Shown here in pieces: positions 46,708 to 57,535 of a stretch of 64,000 bases of DNA. Under the pieces are notes generated by a model. That model was not told the origin of the DNA. It made no database searches and worked only from the letters and a program-made list of their open reading frames with translations. The translations under genes and the position numbers were made by a program. How positions within the stretch are numbered: the first letter of the stretch is position 1; each line of letters starts with the position of its first letter. The DNA comes from Thermoleophilia bacterium (lineage in GTDB: Bacteria; Actinomycetota; Thermoleophilia; RBG-16-64-13). The DNA lies in NCBI GenBank assembly GCA_026415615.1, contig JAOAGT010000003.1, forward strand, positions 103,077 through 167,076. The letters are read 5' to 3'.

Positions 46708-47017
46708 CTACATCCACCACCTCTGTAGAGCACGTGGTTAGCATCCACTCCTGTGAGTCAAGATATATCCTTAGACGGTCTAAGTTGTCCTCCAATACTT
46801 GAAGGTCAGACGACGCCAAGGCCACCACTACTCGGGAACGCTGCCACAGCTCTTGGAATCCCACTTCGGCAAATGAAGCCCCGTACTTACGGTTGACCTG
46901 CTCCCGAATCCGGCGCAAGTACATGCGCTTACCCTTAAGCGAGCCGTTGTCCGGAAAGTACAGCTCAGCCGTAAGAATTCCTACAAAACCCTTGTTGCTT
47001 CGACTAGGTACGGGCAA
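46700..47017 (-). CDS. DUF503 family protein (YlxP-like)
   Basis: About 100 aa, in the conserved position between infB and rbfA. Confidence 0.55.
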   Translation of the reverse strand: MPVPSRSNKGFVGILTAELYFPDNGSLKGKRMYLRRIREQVNRKYGASFAEVGFQELWQRSRVVVALASSDLQVLEDNLDRLRIYLDSQEWMLTTCSTEVVDVDG

Positions 47018-49784
47018 CTTCTTTGATCTCGTAGGCCTCTATGATGTCGCCCTCACGGATATCGTCAAAACCATCGAGATGCAGACCGCACTCGTAGCCC
47101 GCAGCCACCTCGCGCACATCGTCGGCAAAGCGCTTGAGGGAATCAATGCCGCCCTCCCAAATGATGTTGCCATCTCGCACCACCCGCACCTTGGCAGAGC
47201 GAGCAATCTTGCCAGTTTGCACATAACATCCGGCGATAGTGCCCACCTTTGATGCGTGGAACACCTTGCGCACTTCTGCGGTTCCGATTTCTTCTTCCAC
47301 CTGCTCTGGCCCCAGAAGTCCCAGCAGCGCCGCCTCCACGTCCTCAATAGCCTTGTAGATCACGCGATACGTGCGGACATCAACGCGCTCTTGCTCAGCC
47401 AAAGCCTTGGCCGCCGCCGACGGCCTGACATTAAACCCAATAACCACCGCCTTGGAGGCGGAAGCCAGCATGATGTCGGACTCGTTAATCCCGCCTACAC
47501 CCGCATGCACAATTTCAACCTTGGCCTCTGGATGCGTGATGTTTCGCAACGCCTCTTCTAGAGCCTCCACTGAGCCGACCACGTCGGCCTTGATAATGAT
47601 CGGAAGCTCTTTCACCCGGCCTTCCTTCAAACGGCGGTAGAACTCCTCGAGTGTGGTGGCTCCGCTGCGGCTTTTAGCCAGTTGCTCCTGCCTTATCCTG
47701 GCAGCACGCCGTTCAGCCCTCTGCCGCGCCTCGCGCTCGTCTTTGACCACCATCACGAAATCACCGGCTTGAGGCACTGTGTTAAAGCCCAACACTTGCA
47801 CCGGCATAGAGGGGGTGGCTTCACGCACAGCGTTACCCATGAAGTCGAACATTGCTTTTACTTTGCCGTAGGCCTCCCCGCAGACCATGGCGTCGCCAAT
47901 ACGAAGTGTTCCTCGCTGAACAAGAACTGTCGCCACTGGCCCACGCCCTACATCCAGCTGCGCCTCAATTACTACCCCGCTTGCCGGAGCATGGGGGTTG
48001 GCTTTCAGCTCCTGCATCTCAGCCACAAGGAGAATCATCTCCATGAGCTCATCCAGATTCAGACGCTGCTTGGCGGAAACCTCCACCACGACGGTATCGC
48101 CGCCCCATTCTTCAGGCACAAGACCTTGATCGGCCAACTGTTTCTTTACCCGATCAGGATTGGCGTCCGGCAAATCGATCTTGTTGATCGCCACCACGAT
48201 GGGTACTTCTGCCGCGCGTGCATGACTAATCGCCTCTAAGGTTTGCGGCATGACCCCGTCATTGGCAGCCACAACAATCACAGCGATATCAGTGACCTTA
48301 GCACCGCGAGCACGCATAGCGGTGAACGCTTCGTGGCCTGGAGTGTCCAGGAACGTCACCTTCCTATCGTTGTGAGTAACCTGGTATGCTCCGATGTGCT
48401 GCGTAATGCCGCCGGCTTCATTCTTGGCGACTTCTGTTTCACGAATAGCGTCAAGCAACGAGGTTTTGCCGTGGTCTACGTGCCCCATGATAGTGACCAC
48501 GGGAGGCCGAGGAACCAAATCAGCCGGATCATCCACAAACATGTCCGGCCCTTCGTGCTCCTCCTCTGCGTGCTCGATCTGCACTTGACGCCCGAACTCT
48601 TCGGCCAGTACCAAAATGGCTTCGTCAGACAACGACTGTGTAATGGTGACCATCTCACCTAGCTTGATGAGCGTCTTGATCAGCTCGCCAGCGCTGATCT
48701 GCAAAGCCTCGCTTAGGTCCTTGACACTAGCCCCACTCTTGACGGTTACAGGAGACTCCACTCCGGGAGGCGCCTTTTTCTTGGCTTGGGGCTTCTCGGC
48801 CTCGACAGTCGCTCCCGCTCGGCCGGCAGCCGTCTTGCCGCTCTTGCGCCCGGCCTGCGAATCAATGATCACCCGGCGTTTGGAAGACTTTTCCTCTCCC
48901 CGTCTTGCTCTGTATCCCCCTGAGGGACGCACAGGGCTAACGAGACCCGTGGCTTCCGCAGCCTCCGCCCAGATCTCGGGAATCGGGATCGACGCAACCC
49001 TAGGTCGAGGCGGCCGCCTCTCGGGAACGTCGCGGGTGACTGCTGCCCCACGAGTACGCTCCTTTGGCCCTCCGGCTCCCTTGGGAGGGGTGGGTACCGT
49101 CTGCGTGTCGCGCGCTGCTGCGGGAGCCGCGGGACGCTCTGGACCAGTTACCTTCTCAGCCGCGGCCGCCTTTTCCGCTGCAGCCTTTTCCGCCGCCGCC
49201 TTCTTTGCTGCTTCCGCCTGAGCTGCCTTCTCTGCCTGCATCCGAGCCAACTCTTCCTTGGTCACGACGTTTGACGAGGGGGTAGCTCCTTTACGCATCG
49301 GAACTCCGGGACCCACTACCGTGGGAAGATCCTCCAAGCGAACACCGCGGTTCTTACCGCGCTGTCCTTTGCGCGCAGCCGGGCGCTGCCCGGCTGCGCG
49401 CCCCTCCTTGGGACGCGCCCCTGATGGTGAACTTTCTTGCGCGCTCGCCTGTGGCGCGCGCGCCTCTTGGCTTCGAGAGTCCGAGACCGGACCGCGCTTG
49501 GAGGTAGCGCCAGAAGTCTCCGGAGCCTTGGTTGCCTCGACCGTTGCCGAATGCTGGGCTGGAGGCTCTTCCGGTAACTCTCGGCCTTGCGCCTCTACAG
49601 ACACCGCCTCGCCAGCCTCCGAAGGACCCCTAGAGACCTGGGCCAGTACCCGCTCTACTTCTTCTTCCTCCACCCCCGAAACACTGCTTTTTACGTCCAG
49701 GCCGGCCTGGTGGAGACGCTCCAGCAGCTCGTGGCTGGTAAGCCCTTTCTCTCTTGCAATTTCATATACTCTCTTTTTTGCCAC
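47004..49784 (-). CDS. infB: Translation initiation factor IF-2
   Basis: Low-complexity N-terminus; G domain with [20 protein letters not shown] and NKID. Confidence 0.95.
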   Translation of the reverse strand: MAKKRVYEIAREKGLTSHELLERLHQAGLDVKSSVSGVEEEEVERVLAQVSRGPSEAGEAVSVEAQGRELPEEPPAQHSATVEATKAPETSGATSKRGPVSDSRSQEARAPQASAQESSPSGARPKEGRAAGQRPAARKGQRGKNRGVRLEDLPTVVGPGVPMRKGATPSSNVVTKEELARMQAEKAAQAEAAKKAAAEKAAAEKAAAAEKVTGPERPAAPAAARDTQTVPTPPKGAGGPKERTRGAAVTRDVPERRPPRPRVASIPIPEIWAEAAEATGLVSPVRPSGGYRARRGEEKSSKRRVIIDSQAGRKSGKTAAGRAGATVEAEKPQAKKKAPPGVESPVTVKSGASVKDLSEALQISAGELIKTLIKLGEMVTITQSLSDEAILVLAEEFGRQVQIEHAEEEHEGPDMFVDDPADLVPRPPVVTIMGHVDHGKTSLLDAIRETEVAKNEAGGITQHIGAYQVTHNDRKVTFLDTPGHEAFTAMRARGAKVTDIAVIVVAANDGVMPQTLEAISHARAAEVPIVVAINKIDLPDANPDRVKKQLADQGLVPEEWGGDTVVVEVSAKQRLNLDELMEMILLVAEMQELKANPHAPASGVVIEAQLDVGRGPVATVLVQRGTLRIGDAMVCGEAYGKVKAMFDFMGNAVREATPSMPVQVLGFNTVPQAGDFVMVVKDEREARQRAERRAARIRQEQLAKSRSGATTLEEFYRRLKEGRVKELPIIIKADVVGSVEALEEALRNITHPEAKVEIVHAGVGGINESDIMLASASKAVVIGFNVRPSAAAKALAEQERVDVRTYRVIYKAIEDVEAALLGLLGPEQVEEEIGTAEVRKVFHASKVGTIAGCYVQTGKIARSAKVRVVRDGNIIWEGGIDSLKRFADDVREVAAGYECGLHLDGFDDIREGDIIEAYEIKEVART

Positions 49785-49813
49785 GCCCCACCTGTCTCTC
49801 CGGCCCGCTTATC

Positions 49814-50101
49814 TCAACCCTCGGTTGGAGCCTCTATAGCCTCCAGAATCTCGTCCACTGAAACCTCGACGCTCATGCGAAATGCTCGTTGAAATGCCTT
49901 TCGCTGAAGAGCACGGTCCAAACATACTCTGCGCTTACAAAGATACGCCCCTCTGCCTTTTCTGTCTCGGGTGTTCTTGACTACTACAACCCGCGGGGGC
50001 ATAACCTCCTTGTCGACTCTGAGCCATACGAACTCGCTCTGCGGACCGCGCAACCCGCAGCCGATACACTGCCGCTCAGGTTCTTTCTTTTGCTTTTTCA
50101 T
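49814..50101 (-). CDS. ylxR: YlxR/DUF448 family RNA-binding protein
   Basis: MKKQKKEPERQCIGCG...GRGAYLC motif. It lies between nusA and infB and overlaps the nusA 3' end by about 26 nt. Confidence 0.7.
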   Translation of the reverse strand: MKKQKKEPERQCIGCGLRGPQSEFVWLRVDKEVMPPRVVVVKNTRDRKGRGAYLCKRRVCLDRALQRKAFQRAFRMSVEVSVDEILEAIEAPTEG

Positions 50102-51263
50102 TCGCCAGCGCCTGATGAGAAGGAATGCCACAGTATAGACTGCCGGGCAACGCCGCGTTTGGACAGCGCTTGCCTCCGGAAGTCAGAGCGTGGCACCTGC
50201 CATCAACCACCAGCGGCTCAACCTCGGCTGGCGCGTACGTTCCGGCCTCTTCTTCGCTCATCTCCGATTCTGATTTTATGTCAATCTTCCATCCGGTTAG
50301 CCGATTGGCGAGACGCGCATTTTGTCCATCTTTGCCTATGGCCAGCGACAGCTGATCATCCGGCACAACCACCACCGCCTCGCGCCTAGCGTCGTCGAGA
50401 ATCACCTCGCGCACACGAGCAGGAGAAAGCGCTTTGGCTACAAACCGCGCCGGCTCATCGTCATATGGGATGATGTCGATCTTCTCGCCCCTTAGCTCCG
50501 ACACCACCATGCGCACACGCGAGCCCCGTGGCCCGACGCACGCACCGACAGGGTCTACACCATCGGCATGAGACACCACCGCGATCTTGGAGCGATAGCC
50601 TGGCTCGCGAGCCACCGCCACTATTTCCACCAGGCCGTCAGCGATCTCGGGAACTTCCAATTCAAAGAGACGCTTTACCAACTCCTCGCTGCGCCGAGAC
50701 AGTATGATGGGCGGCTCTTTGGGATTATGTATAACCTCTTTGATAATGGCCTTCAGGCGCATCCCGTGCTCGTATCTCTCGGTAGGCACCTGCTCGCTCT
50801 TAGGCAGACGGGCTTCGACTCGCCCCAAGTCAACGAGCGTGTAGCGGCTGTCCGACTGCTGAACAATTCCTGTCACTATCTCGCCGATACGTCGTGAGTA
50901 CTCCCGGTAGACGATGTCTTGTTCGGCCTCCCTGATTCTTTGATAAATCACTTGCTTGGCAGTCTGCGCTGCTATGCGGCCAAAATCTTCGGGGGTCACC
51001 TCTCTGCGCTCGGCAAGAGATGCGTCCAGTCGGCCTTCGTGACGCGCATCAGCTGTGGGCTCATGCCCGGGAGGAAACACAAGCTCGTAAACATGAATCT
51101 CGCCAGTATCTCGGTCGATCTTTACCTCCGAGTACGGCACGGCGCGAGGTGTTTTCTGGTAGGCAGAGTGAAGCGCGTCCTCCAAGGCCTCGATGAGCAG
51201 GTCAAAGGGAATGCCCTTTTCTTTCTCTATCTGCCGGAGAGCTTCTATTGTCTCCCTGTTCAT
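50076..51263 (-). CDS. nusA: Transcription termination/antitermination factor NusA
   Basis: N-terminal domain, S1 and two KH domains (...GSRVRMVVSELRGEKIDIIPY...). Confidence 0.9.
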   Translation of the reverse strand: MNRETIEALRQIEKEKGIPFDLLIEALEDALHSAYQKTPRAVPYSEVKIDRDTGEIHVYELVFPPGHEPTADARHEGRLDASLAERREVTPEDFGRIAAQTAKQVIYQRIREAEQDIVYREYSRRIGEIVTGIVQQSDSRYTLVDLGRVEARLPKSEQVPTERYEHGMRLKAIIKEVIHNPKEPPIILSRRSEELVKRLFELEVPEIADGLVEIVAVAREPGYRSKIAVVSHADGVDPVGACVGPRGSRVRMVVSELRGEKIDIIPYDDEPARFVAKALSPARVREVILDDARREAVVVVPDDQLSLAIGKDGQNARLANRLTGWKIDIKSESEMSEEEAGTYAPAEVEPLVVDGRCHALTSGGKRCPNAALPGSLYCGIPSHQALANEKAKERT

Positions 51264-51407
51264 CCCCTTCCCCCTAGTTCAAGTAAGTAGCGCGCACGAC
51301 CAAACCAAGCCCTGCGCTCCACATCATGATTCTGCCGCCCAGGACCAGCTTCCTTTTTTCCACACAGACCTTCTTCCTCAAGCGGTCGCAAGACCGTCAA
51401 ATAGTCC

Positions 51408-51447
51408 TCCAAAAGTAAAACAAAAGTGGGCCCCCCAACCCACTTTT
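51408..51447 (-). terminator. Rho-independent terminator downstream of proS
   Basis: On the minus strand: AAAAGUGGG-uuGGGGGG-CCCACUUUU (9-bp stem) followed by GUUUUACUUUU. Lies 55-90 nt after the proS stop. Confidence 0.5.
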
Positions 51448-51499
51448 CCGTGACCTACTCGCCTTTCGTTTGCGGAAGAATTATAGCACTGATGCCGAG

Positions 51500-53263
51500 C
51501 TAGTCTGCCTGCTCCCACATGTTTCGCACCCGAATTGCGCACTCGCCCACTGACACTTCTGTCTGTTCGCCAGTGGCGCGCAACTGAACCTCCACCATGC
51601 CTTGACTCACTTTCCTACCCACCGTCACCCTCACTGGACACCCGATCAGTTCGGCGTCCGCAAACTTGAAACCCGGCCTCTCATCCCTTTCGTCCCAGAG
51701 CACCTCTAGCCCCGCAGCCTGCAGATCATCATATAGCTTGACCGCCACTTCCGTTTGCCCTGGATCATCCCTTTGTACTTGAACCAGATACACGTCAAAA
51801 GGCGCAATTGCCTTGGGCCACACAATCCCCTTGTCGTCGCTCCGCTGCTCCACAGCCGCCGCCGCGACACGGGCTGGGCCAATCCCGTAAGAGCCCATTA
51901 CCAGTGGGCGCTCCTGGCCGCGCTCGTCAAGTACAGTTGCCCCCAGCGGCAGCGAGTACTTCGTGCCCAGCTTGAAGATGTTCCCCACCTCAATTCCCGT
52001 CTCTATGGACAACGGCTGACCGCAGCGAGGACACCCTTCGCCCTGTTGCGCTTGGCGCAGATCAGCGTATTCCGCGTGGAAGTCTCTCTCGGGCACCACC
52101 CCAACGATGTGGGTGTGAGGCTTATTGGCCCCGGTAACAAAGCCTGCGAACGAATTCTGGTCGCCGGAGTGGCTGCGCGGCGAAAGAACCTCGTCGGCCA
52201 CAATGCGCATTCCCTGCGTCCCAGGCAGACCCACAGGCCCTACAAACCCAGGCTCCACGCCTACGGCTGCCTTGACCTCGTCCGCGCTCGCGGGCCGAAC
52301 TTCGCACCTCAAGTAGCGCGCCAGTTTATTTTCCTGCAGTTCGTGGTCCCCCCGCAGGAGAGCCATGACAGGATTCCCGCCGGCCATGTACACGAGAGCC
52401 TTAATCACGGAGCTTGGAGAAACTCCCAGAAATGCACACACCTCCGCGATAGTGCGCACGCCGGGAGTGGGCACTTCATTCGGGCTCTGCTTCTCGTCCG
52501 CTTGCTTCGCGCCGACGGCTCCGGGCGAAGTTTCCGGCGAGAAGGCCACCGAGCGCGCCATCTCCACATTAGCCGCATATCCGCAGGATTTGCACAGAGC
52601 AATGCGGTCCTCTCCTGCTTCGGACGGGGCAATGTACTCGTGCGCCTGAGCTCCGCCCATGAAGCCTGTGTCGCTTTCCACCCGGTAAAAGCGCAGACCG
52701 CATCTGGAAAAGATCCGATCATACGCCTGGATGTGCTTTTGATAGCTCAGTTCAAGACCCGCCTCGTCCAAATCAAAAGAGTACGAGTCTTTCATCAGAA
52801 ATTCGCGCACCCGTAAGATGCCCCCCTTGGGACGCGGCTCGTCTCTAAACTTTAACTGAAGCTGATACCAGATCTGTGGCAGGTCACGATAAGAGCGGAG
52901 CTCACGCGCAGCAAGCCAGGCGAAAACTTCTTCGTGGGTCATCGCCAAGACCATGTCCCGGCCGCCCCGGTCTTTAAGCCGGAACATTTCATCACCGATG
53001 GCGTCGTATCTCCCTGTGGCCTGCCACACCTCGGCAGGATGTAGCGTGGGCATAGAAAGTTCTATTGCGCCAATGGAATCCATTTCTTCCCGAATAATTT
53101 GGCAGATCCGTTGCATCACCCGCCAACCCAGCGGAAGCATGATGTAAATCCCAGACGCCAATTGACGCACAAATCCACCCCTTACAAGAAGCTTATGGCT
53201 TCTCGCTTCGGCATCAGCGGGATCTTCTTTTAAAGTGGGCATAAAAAGGGCGCTTGCCCGCAT
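51500..53263 (-). CDS. proS: Proline--tRNA ligase (bacterial type with editing domain)
   Basis: Class II aaRS motifs, an INS editing domain and an anticodon-binding domain; 587 aa. Confidence 0.9.
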   Translation of the reverse strand: MRASALFMPTLKEDPADAEARSHKLLVRGGFVRQLASGIYIMLPLGWRVMQRICQIIREEMDSIGAIELSMPTLHPAEVWQATGRYDAIGDEMFRLKDRGGRDMVLAMTHEEVFAWLAARELRSYRDLPQIWYQLQLKFRDEPRPKGGILRVREFLMKDSYSFDLDEAGLELSYQKHIQAYDRIFSRCGLRFYRVESDTGFMGGAQAHEYIAPSEAGEDRIALCKSCGYAANVEMARSVAFSPETSPGAVGAKQADEKQSPNEVPTPGVRTIAEVCAFLGVSPSSVIKALVYMAGGNPVMALLRGDHELQENKLARYLRCEVRPASADEVKAAVGVEPGFVGPVGLPGTQGMRIVADEVLSPRSHSGDQNSFAGFVTGANKPHTHIVGVVPERDFHAEYADLRQAQQGEGCPRCGQPLSIETGIEVGNIFKLGTKYSLPLGATVLDERGQERPLVMGSYGIGPARVAAAAVEQRSDDKGIVWPKAIAPFDVYLVQVQRDDPGQTEVAVKLYDDLQAAGLEVLWDERDERPGFKFADAELIGCPVRVTVGRKVSQGMVEVQLRATGEQTEVSVGECAIRVRNMWEQAD

Positions 53264-53306
53264 GTCTCCCTCCTGCTCTTAGTTACAAATGTGCCCGGTG
53301 GGCGCG

Positions 53307-54371
53307 TCACGAAAGCTGCTCGCCTTCAGTCCTACGAGCAATTTCTGCAAAAAGGGCTTCCACAAGCTCGCTCTCGGGCACCTTTCGTACTGGCCGCCCT
53401 TTGGCGAATACGACGCCCTCTTTCTTGCCGCAGGCTATTCCAAAGTCAGCTTTTCGCGCTTCCCCTGGGCCGTTAACTATACAGCCCATCACAGCAACCT
53501 CAATGTCTAGCCCCAACCTGACCAGACGGTCCTCCACTTCTCGGGCAAGCGGTTCAAGGTCCACTTCGGTGCGGCCGCAAGTGGGACACGAGATAACGCG
53601 CGGGCCCCGAGGAATCAGCTCCAAGGTGCGGAGTATTTCGAGCCCTACCCGCACTTCCTCAAGGGGATCACCAGTGAGCGAAACTCGTATAGTGTCCCCT
53701 ATACCCCGGGAGAGCAAAGCCCCAAGCACAACAGCGCTTCGCAGGGATCCAGCCCATGGCGTTCCCGCTTCAGTAAGACCGAGATGTAACGGATAGGGGA
53801 GCTCCTCCGCCAGACGCTGGTAGGCGGCGATGGTGACGGGGCCCGAAGACGATTTGGCCGAGACTTTGATCAGCCGAAAATCAAGATCCTCCAAGAAGGA
53901 AACGTGCCGCCTGACAGACTCAACCAGCGCCGCAGCTGGGTCCCGTTGTTCAAGTGAGCGCAAATCCCGCTCTAGTGACCCCGAATTGACTCCCACTCGG
54001 ATCACCGTGCCATGCTCTCGGGCAGCCCTAACTACCTCCTTGACTTTTTCCCGGCCGCCGATATTGCCCGGGTTTATCCGCACTCCGGCCACGCCTGCGT
54101 TGATGGCCGCCAACGCAAGTCGGTGGTCAAAGTGAACATCAGCTACAAGAGCCACCGGACTCTCGGCGACCAAAATTCCAAGGACTTGAGCAGCTCGCTC
54201 GTCAGGGACCGCCACTCGCACTATCCGGGCACCAGCCGTGGCTAAGGCGCGAATCTGCTGCAAAGTCGCTTCGACATCGTGAGTCGGCGTCTTGGTCATG
54301 GACTGCACAACTACGGGTGCGCCTCCCCCCACAGGAACGCCACCGACCGAGATCTGCACCGGGCTTGCCAA
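53307..54371 (-). CDS. ispG: 4-hydroxy-3-methylbut-2-enyl diphosphate synthase (flavodoxin)
   Basis: TIM-barrel N-terminus and C-terminal 4Fe-4S Cys ligands (CPTCGR...CIVNGPGE). Confidence 0.9.
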   Translation of the reverse strand: MASPVQISVGGVPVGGGAPVVVQSMTKTPTHDVEATLQQIRALATAGARIVRVAVPDERAAQVLGILVAESPVALVADVHFDHRLALAAINAGVAGVRINPGNIGGREKVKEVVRAAREHGTVIRVGVNSGSLERDLRSLEQRDPAAALVESVRRHVSFLEDLDFRLIKVSAKSSSGPVTIAAYQRLAEELPYPLHLGLTEAGTPWAGSLRSAVVLGALLSRGIGDTIRVSLTGDPLEEVRVGLEILRTLELIPRGPRVISCPTCGRTEVDLEPLAREVEDRLVRLGLDIEVAVMGCIVNGPGEARKADFGIACGKKEGVVFAKGRPVRKVPESELVEALFAEIARRTEGEQLS

Positions 54372-54409
54372 CGAAGAAACCTCCGAAACAGCGGCTCCCG
54401 GGGGTCTGT

Positions 54410-55579
54410 CTACCAGCCGCCAAAGAGGCGTCCCAGGTCGTTGGACGTAGCCAGCAGGAAAAGAGCCACAAATAGCCCAATCCCCACCATGGAAATGCGC
54501 TCAAAAACGCGCAGCGGAATCGCACGCCCACGGACCCGTTCAACAATGCTCAAGAGCACATGACCCCCATCTAGAGGCAGAAGAGGCAGCATGTTGAGAA
54601 TGGCCAGGTTTACGCTGATAAGAGCAAGAAGCATCAGATAGTACCCGCCCACAAAGGCCTCAGTGGAAAGCTGAATGATGCCCACCGGGCCGGCCAGACC
54701 TTGAGAGCCTAAGACAGGCACTTCGCCGGTGAACATCATCCAAAGCCCCTTGAAAACAAGGAGCGCCATACTCCCTGTAACCCGGCCTGCGTAAGCAAGA
54801 GCAGCGGCAGGTCCCAGATCTTTTTGCTTTACTGCCGGCTCAACTCCCAGATAACCCGTGCCGTCTTCCCGCTCCGCCAGGAGCACAGATATCTGCTTGG
54901 TCTCACCAGCTCGCTCCACTGTTATCGTGATAGTCTCCCCCGGCTTCGTGAGCACCTGGGTTCGGACGTCTTGCCAATCGGATATTGGCGAGCCATTGAT
55001 GGCGACAATACGGTCGCCAGACTCAAGCCCTGCAAGAGCAGCCGGGGTTCCCGGAGCCACAGCCGAAATGCTAGTGGTGGTAACCGTCTCTCCTTGCTGA
55101 ACACCTACCACCCAAACCAGGAAGAACGCCACCACCACGTTCATTACAACACCGGCGATGATGAACAAGAACTTATGCCAAAAAGGATGAGCGTAGTACC
55201 GGCGTTCGAGCGGCGTAGAAGCAATTTCCTGCGCACTAAGGACCCGGCGTCCAGCCAGGCGATCCTCGGGATCGCGGGCCGCGCGGTACGAACCGCGGGA
55301 TAATTCGCCCCTTTTCTCCGCCTCTGCTTCGGCCACCCAGGCTTCAAACTCCTCTTTGTGCATTCCCGTCACGCGAACGTAGCCGCCCAGAGGTATAGCC
55401 GAAATACCGTAGACAGTCTCCCCAATGCGTCGGCTTATCAGATACGGGCCGAAACCAAGGCTAAACTCCTCTACTCGCATGCCTGTCGCTTTGGCCACAA
55501 TGAAGTGGCCAAACTCATGGGCGAGAATCAAGAAGCCGAGCCCAACTATGGCCACTATGACACCAAGAAACCCCATCAC
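54410..55579 (-). CDS. rseP: Site-2 protease RseP (zinc metalloprotease)
   Basis: HEFGHFIVAK zinc motif, a PDZ domain and a C-terminal LDGG motif. Confidence 0.85.
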   Translation of the reverse strand: MMGFLGVIVAIVGLGFLILAHEFGHFIVAKATGMRVEEFSLGFGPYLISRRIGETVYGISAIPLGGYVRVTGMHKEEFEAWVAEAEAEKRGELSRGSYRAARDPEDRLAGRRVLSAQEIASTPLERRYYAHPFWHKFLFIIAGVVMNVVVAFFLVWVVGVQQGETVTTTSISAVAPGTPAALAGLESGDRIVAINGSPISDWQDVRTQVLTKPGETITITVERAGETKQISVLLAEREDGTGYLGVEPAVKQKDLGPAAALAYAGRVTGSMALLVFKGLWMMFTGEVPVLGSQGLAGPVGIIQLSTEAFVGGYYLMLLALISVNLAILNMLPLLPLDGGHVLLSIVERVRGRAIPLRVFERISMVGIGLFVALFLLATSNDLGRLFGGW

Positions 55580-56739
55580 GTCTTCCTCAGCCGCTGCTCA
55601 TTTACAGCCTGTCTAGCTACCTCCCGGGCCCACTCGTCAACCCAACGAGCCTCCTCGTAAGTGCCAAACGACCCGCCCGGGCTCTCGCTGATCACTTTTT
55701 GCACTACCTCCCATATACCCAAAAATGTCAGCTCCCCGCCCAAAAACGCCTCCACTGCCACCTCATTGGCTGCATTAAGAGCGCAGGTGGCAACGTCACC
55801 CTTACGTCCAGCTTCGCGGGCTAAGCTAAGGGAAGGAAAAGTGTCCTCATCAGGAGAGAAAAATTCAAGAGCCACTCCCGCAGCTAGATCGAGCGACGCC
55901 GCCTGCACCGAGGTTCTGTTGGGATAGTTAAGCGCATACGCAATGGGAATGCGCATGTCTGTCGCTCCCAGGTGAGCCACAAATGCCCCATCCTTCAAGC
56001 GGACAAGGCCGTGAACAATGGATTGAGGATGCACCAAGACTTCGATCTGCTCGTAAGAAAGGCCGAACAAGTGATGGGCTTCTATGATTTCGAGAGCTTT
56101 GTTCATGAGTGTGGCTGAATCAATAGTGATTTTTGGCCCCATCGACCAAGTGGGATGGGCAAGAGCCTCCTCGGGTGTGACAGCCCGCAGTTGGTCGCGC
56201 TTGCGGCCTCTGAACGGCCCCCCTGAGGCTGTCAGCACGACTGTCTCCACTTCATCGGGGCTAATCCCGGCAAGCAGTTGATATATTGCCGAGTGCTCAG
56301 AATCCACGGGAATGATTGCGGCGCCTGCAGAAGCAGCCAACCCCATCACTAGAGAGCCAGCACACACCAAGCTTTCCTTGTTGGCTAAAGCAAGTACCGT
56401 CCCCCTGGACAACGCCGCCAAGGTAGCCTGCAGCCCGGCAAAACCCACAATGGCGTTCAGCACCACGTCGGCATCTACCTCGTCCACTAGACGAGCAGAC
56501 GCGTCGGCGCCGCTGCGCACTCGCAGCTCCGGATAAAGAGTAGGTGATACGGTGCGTGCCGCCTCTTCGTCGGCAATGGCCAATTCGTTCACTCCCAGCG
56601 AAACCGCCTGCTCGAGAAGCAGAGCTACATTTTTGGCGCAAGAAAGGCCAACTACCTTGAGATCTCGGCTGCACGCAATAACTCTTAATGCTTGCACCCC
56701 GACAGATCCTGTGGCGCCCAGAACAATAACTCGCCGCAT
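55576..56739 (-). CDS. dxr: 1-deoxy-D-xylulose 5-phosphate reductoisomerase
   Basis: VIVLGATGSVG; LANKESLV; and others. Confidence 0.9.
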   Translation of the reverse strand: MRRVIVLGATGSVGVQALRVIACSRDLKVVGLSCAKNVALLLEQAVSLGVNELAIADEEAARTVSPTLYPELRVRSGADASARLVDEVDADVVLNAIVGFAGLQATLAALSRGTVLALANKESLVCAGSLVMGLAASAGAAIIPVDSEHSAIYQLLAGISPDEVETVVLTASGGPFRGRKRDQLRAVTPEEALAHPTWSMGPKITIDSATLMNKALEIIEAHHLFGLSYEQIEVLVHPQSIVHGLVRLKDGAFVAHLGATDMRIPIAYALNYPNRTSVQAASLDLAAGVALEFFSPDEDTFPSLSLAREAGRKGDVATCALNAANEVAVEAFLGGELTFLGIWEVVQKVISESPGGSFGTYEEARWVDEWAREVARQAVNEQRLRKT

Positions 56740-56752
56740 TTTTCCTCAGATC

Positions 56753-57535
56753 CTAAAGTAGCAGCACAACTGCCCAGTAACCCGCCACACCTGCAAACAG
56801 CAGAGAGTCAAAACGATCTAAGATCCCGCCATGGCCCGGAAGAAGCCCGCCTGAGTCTTTAAGGCGAAAGTCCCGCTTAAAGGCAGACTCAAAGAGGTCG
56901 CCCCATTGACCTACTATCCCTACCACCAACCCCAGAATGATTGCCTGTTTTACGGAGAGCCAAGGAGAGTAGATCTTCACCACTAATGCGGCAACCACCG
57001 CTCCAACAAGCCCACCAACAGCCCCTTCAATAGACTTCTGTGGCGAAATTTGAGGGGCAAGCTTGTGACGCCCGATAGCTTTTCCCACAAAAAAAGCAAA
57101 AGTATCGTTGAGGACGGTGCAGGCCAAAACCAGAAGAGTAAGAGCAAGACCATGCTCCAGAGCCCGCACAAGCAGCACGTACGCAAAACCAACTGCGATC
57201 CACACTACCCCAAAGGCGGTGATAGATATTCGCCCCACCAAATGCGCGCCCAGTTCCCCAAAGAGCGACCAGAAGAAAGAAAGAACAAGCAGCGCCCCGA
57301 GCCCCAGCAAGATACCGTAGGGACCCAAGAAAAAAGCCCCCACGATCACTCCCAGCCCACTCAAGTATCCTACGAGTAGATTGGGACGATACGGACGAAG
57401 GATTGTGTAGTACTCGTGGAGCCCAAGAAAGGTTAGGACTAGGGCTAACCCAAGAAGGTAGTAGCTCCCCAGGATGGCTGCGGCAAGCCCAATCGGAAGA
57501 GCGATCAGAGCTACAAGCACTCGCTGCTTAAGCAT
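56753..57535 (-). CDS. cdsA: Phosphatidate cytidylyltransferase
   Basis: Polytopic protein with a C-terminal CTP-transferase motif (SAFKRDFRLKDSGGLLPGHGGILDRFDS). Confidence 0.8.
   Translation of the reverse strand: MLKQRVLVALIALPIGLAAAILGSYYLLGLALVLTFLGLHEYYTILRPYRPNLLVGYLSGLGVIVGAFFLGPYGILLGLGALLVLSFFWSLFGELGAHLVGRISITAFGVVWIAVGFAYVLLVRALEHGLALTLLVLACTVLNDTFAFFVGKAIGRHKLAPQISPQKSIEGAVGGLVGAVVAALVVKIYSPWLSVKQAIILGLVVGIVGQWGDLFESAFKRDFRLKDSGGLLPGHGGILDRFDSLLFAGVAGYWAVVLLL

Noticed and set aside
47039-49285. Multiple long ORFs on both strands across infB N-terminal region (e.g. 48616..49221+, 49258..49839+)
   Set aside because: They overlap the well-supported infB frame, and their translations are Ala/Arg/Pro-rich low-complexity sequence.
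50076-50131. Zn-ribbon-like Cys-rich tail at the NusA C-terminus (RCHALTSGGKRCPNAALPGSLYCGIPSH)
   Set aside because: It arises from the nusA frame reading through the start of ylxR, whose own frame encodes the genuine CIGCG motif there. It is probably not a functional NusA domain.
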